Source of the DNA: an uncultured Chloroflexia bacterium
Lineage (GTDB): Bacteria; Chloroflexota; Chloroflexia; Thermomicrobiales; UBA6265
NCBI GenBank assembly: GCA_963724295.1
Contig: CAVRUC010000007.1
Location: 576,001 to 640,000, forward strand
Reading direction: 5' to 3'
Length of the DNA: 64,000 nucleotides
Shown piece after piece: positions 60,279 to 64,000 of the stretch. The position numbers were made by a program, and so were the translations under genes. A model generated the notes under the pieces. It made no database searches. It was not told where the DNA came from and saw nothing but the letters and a program-made list of their open reading frames with translations. Position 1 is the first letter of the stretch; every line of letters starts with the position of its first letter.

Positions 60279-61181
60279 ATGGAAACACTTGTCCGCCTGT
60301 CGTTCTACTGCTTCGCGGCCGCGACGATCGCCTTCGTCGCGTCGGCGGCGTGCTACCTCGCCTACGCCGTCGGCCGCGTGCGCCTGCGGCAGACGACGCT
60401 GGCGACGAATGCCGGGACAACCCTGGTCGCCCATGAAGCGAGCCTCGAGCCGGCGTCGCTGGGGGTCGGCCGCTTCGCCACCCTGCTGGCCTGGTTCGGA
60501 GTCGCGTTTCAAGCGGCGTCGATCCTGTTTCGGACGCTCGCCGGCGGCCGGCTGCCACTCTCGAACATGTACGAGTTCTCGTGCACCTTTGTCCTGCTCG
60601 CCGGTGTCGTCTACCTGCTCTTCGAGCGCTGGTATGGGGTGCGTCAGCTCGGCGCGATCGTGTTGCCGCTCATCGTCGGCATGTGCGCCTATGTCTGGTT
60701 GCTCCCGGCCGACCTGCGCGAGGTCAACGCCTTGATCCCCGCCCTCCAGAACCGGCCGCTGATGACGGTCCACGTTTCGATGGCGATCCTCGCCTACGCG
60801 ACGTTCGCCGTGGCGTTCGCGGCCGCCGTTCTCTTTCTGATTGCCAATCGCTGGCGGGTGGCCTGGCTTCCCAGCCCGGACCTGCTCGACGATCTCGGCT
60901 ACCGTGCCGTGACGATCGGATTTCCCGCCATGTCGCTGGTGCTGATTCTCGGCTCGGTCTGGGCATATCGCGCCTGGGGCACCTACTGGCAGTGGGATCC
61001 GAAGGAAACGGCGGCTCTCTTCACCTGGCTCATCTACGGCGTCTACCTGCACACCCGCTCCTTGCGGGGCTGGCGAGGGAGCCGCAGCGCGGTGATCTTG
61101 CTGGTCGCATTCGCCGCGGTGGTCTTCACCTACTTCGGGAACTATGTTTTCGGCGGGCTCCACGCATATGGCGGAGTTTGA
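60279..61181 (+). CDS. ccsA: Cytochrome c biogenesis heme exporter/synthase CcsA/ResC
   Basis: PLSNMYE, PALQ...HV, WAYRAWGTYWQWDPKET (WWD domain), GLHAY. Confidence 0.93.
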   Translation: METLVRLSFYCFAAATIAFVASAACYLAYAVGRVRLRQTTLATNAGTTLVAHEASLEPASLGVGRFATLLAWFGVAFQAASILFRTLAGGRLPLSNMYEFSCTFVLLAGVVYLLFERWYGVRQLGAIVLPLIVGMCAYVWLLPADLREVNALIPALQNRPLMTVHVSMAILAYATFAVAFAAAVLFLIANRWRVAWLPSPDLLDDLGYRAVTIGFPAMSLVLILGSVWAYRAWGTYWQWDPKETAALFTWLIYGVYLHTRSLRGWRGSRSAVILLVAFAAVVFTYFGNYVFGGLHAYGGV

Positions 61182-61797
61182 GAGCGCGGCGCCGTCCACC
61201 GCTCACGGTGGAGCCGCGACTGAATGGCAGACTGCTGGCGATTCGCGGCGAACTGGTTCTGCGATCGTCGGTCTTGCCGTCGCCGCACTGATCGTCGCCG
61301 CGGCGTTAGCGATCGGCGCCAGATCGGGCTGGGACTCGATCGGGAGCGGCGGTATCAACCAGCGCCTGTTACCGAAAGTCGGCGAGGTCGCACCCGATTT
61401 CGAAACCGAGGATCTGTTTGGTAATCCGGTTCGGCTCTCCCAGTTCCGCGGCCAGCCGGTCTGGCTGATGTTCTGGGGCTCATGGTGCCCGCCCTGCCGC
61501 GCCGAGTTCCCCGATATCCAGGCCGCCTATGCCCGGCTCGAACCACAGGGACTGCGCATGCTCGGCGTCAGCCTGCGCGAGGCTCCAATCGACGCCGCGG
61601 CCTACGCCGCCGCGAACGGCGCCACGTTTCTGGTCTTGAGCGATCCCGACGAGCGGGACACCGGGCCGGCCTACCCGATCTTCAACTTCCCGACCCACAT
61701 CTTCATCGACCGCGACGGAGTGATCCGCTCGATCGTGCTCGAAGACATGGACACGGAGCAGGCAGTCGCCGAGGCAAGCCGACTGCTCGATACATGA
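61168..61797 (+). CDS. resA: ResA/TlpA-family thiol-disulfide oxidoreductase
   Basis: TM anchor, APDF, FWGSWCPPCRAEFP, PTHIFIDRDG. Confidence 0.85.
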   Translation: MAEFESAAPSTAHGGAATEWQTAGDSRRTGSAIVGLAVAALIVAAALAIGARSGWDSIGSGGINQRLLPKVGEVAPDFETEDLFGNPVRLSQFRGQPVWLMFWGSWCPPCRAEFPDIQAAYARLEPQGLRMLGVSLREAPIDAAAYAAANGATFLVLSDPDERDTGPAYPIFNFPTHIFIDRDGVIRSIVLEDMDTEQAVAEASRLLDT

Positions 61798-61823
61798 GTT
61801 TGGGAAATTCGATTGGCTCCAGA

Positions 61824-62130
61824 GCAAAAGGGGCGCTCGGAGCGTGAGGAGTTAGGCCGCTCGCAGGGCGGCTTCAGTACCAATATCCATCTGCGGGCGG
61901 ACGGAGGCGGCAGGCCGCTGACCTTTCTGCTCTCGGCAGGGCAGCGCCACGAAGCGGTGGCGTTCGAGGCTCTACTGGAGCAAGCAGCGGTCAAGAACCC
62001 GGGGCGAGATCGGCCCAAGCTGCGGCCCAAGCGCGTCGTCGCCGACAAGGGCCACAGCAGCAAGATCAGGCGGTATCCGTGCCGCCTTGAGAAGAGGATG
62101 ACGATCCCTCGCAAACAGAATGAACGACGG
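61824..62130 (+). mobile_element. IS5-family (IS427-like) transposase remnant, orfB part
   Basis: AAAAGGGG slippery site, then LGRSQGGFSTNIHLRADGGGRPL...AGQRHE...VVADKG; truncated at both ends. Confidence 0.8.
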
Positions 62131-62147
62131 ACAGGACGGGTGCAACC

Positions 62148-62663
62148 GTGATCCTCTCCAAAGACCGCGACCCCCGCTTCATCACCATCCGTCGCGGGGG
62201 GACGCTCACGGACTCCGACCATCGGCTCCTGGCTTTGTGGGCGGCCGCGTGCGCAGAGCATGTCCTGCACCTCTTCGAGTCGGTGCAGCCCTCGGACCCG
62301 CGGCCTCGCCAGGCGATCAAGCAGACTCGGGCATGGGCGCGCGGCGAGATCAAGATGTCGCAGTCCCGCGCGGCGGCTGGCTTTGCCAACGCCGCGGCAA
62401 GAGAACTGAGGGGAGCCGCCAGGCACGCCGCCTATGCCGCCGGCCAGGCGGCAGCGGTGGCGCATGTCGCCGCACACGAGCTCGGTGCCGCGGCCTACGC
62501 GATCAAGGCCGCGCGTGCGGCCGCCCCCGGATGCGAGGGTGAGAGCGCCGGCCGGCTCGAGTGCCGTTGGCAGCGCGAACAGCTTCCCGATGCGATTCGC
62601 GACCTCGTCCTGGAGGATCAGCGGTTGCGAAACGAGATCTGCTGGTCGGCGTTCGACTGCTGA
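62148..62663 (+). CDS. Imm5-like putative immunity protein
   Basis: DHRLLALWAAACAEHVL..FE..P.DPRPR.AI, AAYAAGQAAAVAHVAAH, ECRWQ..QLP. Confidence 0.78.
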   Translation: MILSKDRDPRFITIRRGGTLTDSDHRLLALWAAACAEHVLHLFESVQPSDPRPRQAIKQTRAWARGEIKMSQSRAAAGFANAAARELRGAARHAAYAAGQAAAVAHVAAHELGAAAYAIKAARAAAPGCEGESAGRLECRWQREQLPDAIRDLVLEDQRLRNEICWSAFDC

Positions 62664-62687
62664 CGGGCGTGACGGCTTGTCTGCACG

Positions 62688-62750
62688 GCCCAACAAGCGC
62701 TTCGAGCCGACGCCGCAAGCGCGATATGCTGACGCCGGACGCGATTGGGC
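62688..62750 (+). mobile_element. Degenerate integron attC-like site
   Basis: R'' GCCCAAC, L''-like GCTTCGAGC, L'-like GCTGACGC, R' ATTGGGC (GTT changed to ATT); 63 bp, 24 nt after a stop codon. Confidence 0.55.
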
Positions 62751-62776
62751 GTCGTATACCGGGTTTGAAATAGTCT

Positions 62777-63511
62777 CTAGTCCACGCAGGCGATCATGAT
62801 GCAGACGCCGTCGGGCGGGGTGCAGATGCCGCAGCTCTCGTTGCAACAGACTTGCCCCGGCGCGCAGGTGGTCGGGCCGCACGGCAGACCCACCTGACCG
62901 GGGGGCTCACAGAAGAGCTCGATGCAGCCGCCGCCGAGCGGAGCGCAGATACCGCAGCTTTCGTTACAGCAATACTCTCCCACTCCGCAGTAGTTTGGGC
63001 CGCACGGCTCCCCAGGGGGTTGATCGGGCGGACAGTACTGGTCCGTGCAGACCTGCCCGAGACCGACACACTGACTGCAGCTCTCGTTGCAGCAATATTC
63101 TCCGGGTCCGCACATGACCTGGTTGCACGGCTCGCTGACGCAGAGATCCTCGGAACACGGTAGGTAGTTCGGGATGCAGATGCCACCGCATTGGGGGCAG
63201 CAGGTCGTTCCCTCGATGCAGAGAATCGCCGCGCACGGGTTGTAGTCAATCGGCTGGCAGATTCCGGAGCAGTCGGCGCCGCCGGTGGCGGGATCGCAGC
63301 TGTCGCTCGGATCGTCGACGCACTCGAACCCCGCTGGACACGGGAAACCGGCTATCCCGCCGCACATGCCGCCTGGAGCCGATATCTGCGCGGAGCTCCG
63401 TCGCCGTGAGCCGAGGGCAACGACGGCGCCGGTCAGACCCGCCAGCACACCGCGCCTGGAGCGCGTTCTGGACAATGTCTTCGTCCATCTGTCGAATCGG
63501 ACATTATCCAT
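62777..63511 (-). CDS. Secreted cysteine-rich repeat protein (38 Cys) with a Tat-like leader
   Basis: MDNVRFDRWTKTLSRTRSRRGVLAGL leader; one 6-Cys module plus four 8-Cys modules; SD GGGGAG. Confidence 0.82.
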   Translation of the reverse strand: MDNVRFDRWTKTLSRTRSRRGVLAGLTGAVVALGSRRRSSAQISAPGGMCGGIAGFPCPAGFECVDDPSDSCDPATGGADCSGICQPIDYNPCAAILCIEGTTCCPQCGGICIPNYLPCSEDLCVSEPCNQVMCGPGEYCCNESCSQCVGLGQVCTDQYCPPDQPPGEPCGPNYCGVGEYCCNESCGICAPLGGGCIELFCEPPGQVGLPCGPTTCAPGQVCCNESCGICTPPDGVCIMIACVD

Positions 63512-63761
63512 AGTCTCCCCTCCACCCCTTCGCACCTGAACGCGGCGTGCGTCCCACCCTGTCAACGCGGGAGACCACCCAAGCGTTCCTGAAGAGGTCG
63601 CGTTGCCGCCGTTCGGCGGGTCTTCGAGCGTGTCTCTCTTCCCGCACAACGCGTTTATGTCTCGCTGGAGGAGCCTGTTATACTCCCGTCGCTGTCCGCA
63701 GCGGCAAGTGCCCGTGCCGATATCGTCGATGCCCGATGGCTGGGTCGGGGCGAGGGGTGAT

Positions 63762-64000
63762 GTGACGATTCCACGCGGCTGGCGTACCTGGCTTCGTCCC
63801 GGTATGCATGTCAAACGGTGGGCTGGCCTGTTCCTGTTCGGCACAATCCTGACGGGATTGGCGATCGCGATGGGTCTGGTCTACTCCTACCGTTACGTCC
63901 CATTCCCGGAACCGGTGAGTGGCCTGCTGCAGGTGCTCACGCTGCAGTTTCTGCCGCGGGAGCTCCGCTTTGTGATCGTCCTCAGCGCCGGCATCGCTTC
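63762..64000 (+). CDS. Probable YvcK-family (gluconeogenesis factor) protein, N-terminal membrane part; runs off the window
   Basis: WLRPGMHVKRW followed by TM helices and LTLQFLPR, resembling the N-terminal extension of Chloroflexota/cyanobacterial YvcK. Confidence 0.6.
   Translation, partial: MTIPRGWRTWLRPGMHVKRWAGLFLFGTILTGLAIAMGLVYSYRYVPFPEPVSGLLQVLTLQFLPRELRFVIVLSAGIA

Noticed and set aside
57617..62780. TAGAGCGTGTC and TTTGAAATAGTCTCTAG as IS5-like ends of a composite transposon around the ccs operon
   Set aside because: The two ends share only TAGAG, and the enclosed operon has host-like composition

Overview
A high-GC stretch of bacterial chromosome. Gene style (secreted proteins with 'AQ/EEATP' starts, XRE/LuxR-STAND regulators, PimA/PgsA pair, YvcK N-terminus) suggests Chloroflexota, probably Thermomicrobiales; this is an inference. 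Most of it is housekeeping: thiolase, crotonase, proline dehydrogenase, CysK-like enzyme, rplY, opp permeases and binding protein, aroC, smpB, tRNA-Arg(UCG), cinA, ybeY, mutM, acnA, trmD, recO and a system II cytochrome c maturation operon. Three accessory patches interrupt it: ~31.3-37.2 kb after the tRNA, ~54.7-57.9 kb between recO and ccdA, and ~61.8-63.5 kb. The strongest unexplained signals are mostly non-coding: (1) a promoter- and terminator-bounded ~170-nt RNA with a perfect SD, a 16-codon ORF and mutually exclusive helices (19.9-20.07 kb); (2) a ~255-nt giant imperfect hairpin beside a PD-(D/E)XK-like gene and a gene flanked by 28-bp direct repeats (54.8-57.6 kb); (3) a 100-nt structured leader at 8.5 kb; (4) a degenerate attC site after an Imm5-like gene; (5) a 38-cysteine repeat protein; (6) STAND-TPR regulators next to small secreted ORFs. 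At least seven genes carry apparent single-base frameshifts, several in homopolymers, which suggests long-read assembly error. All family assignments come from motif recognition by eye, not database searches.
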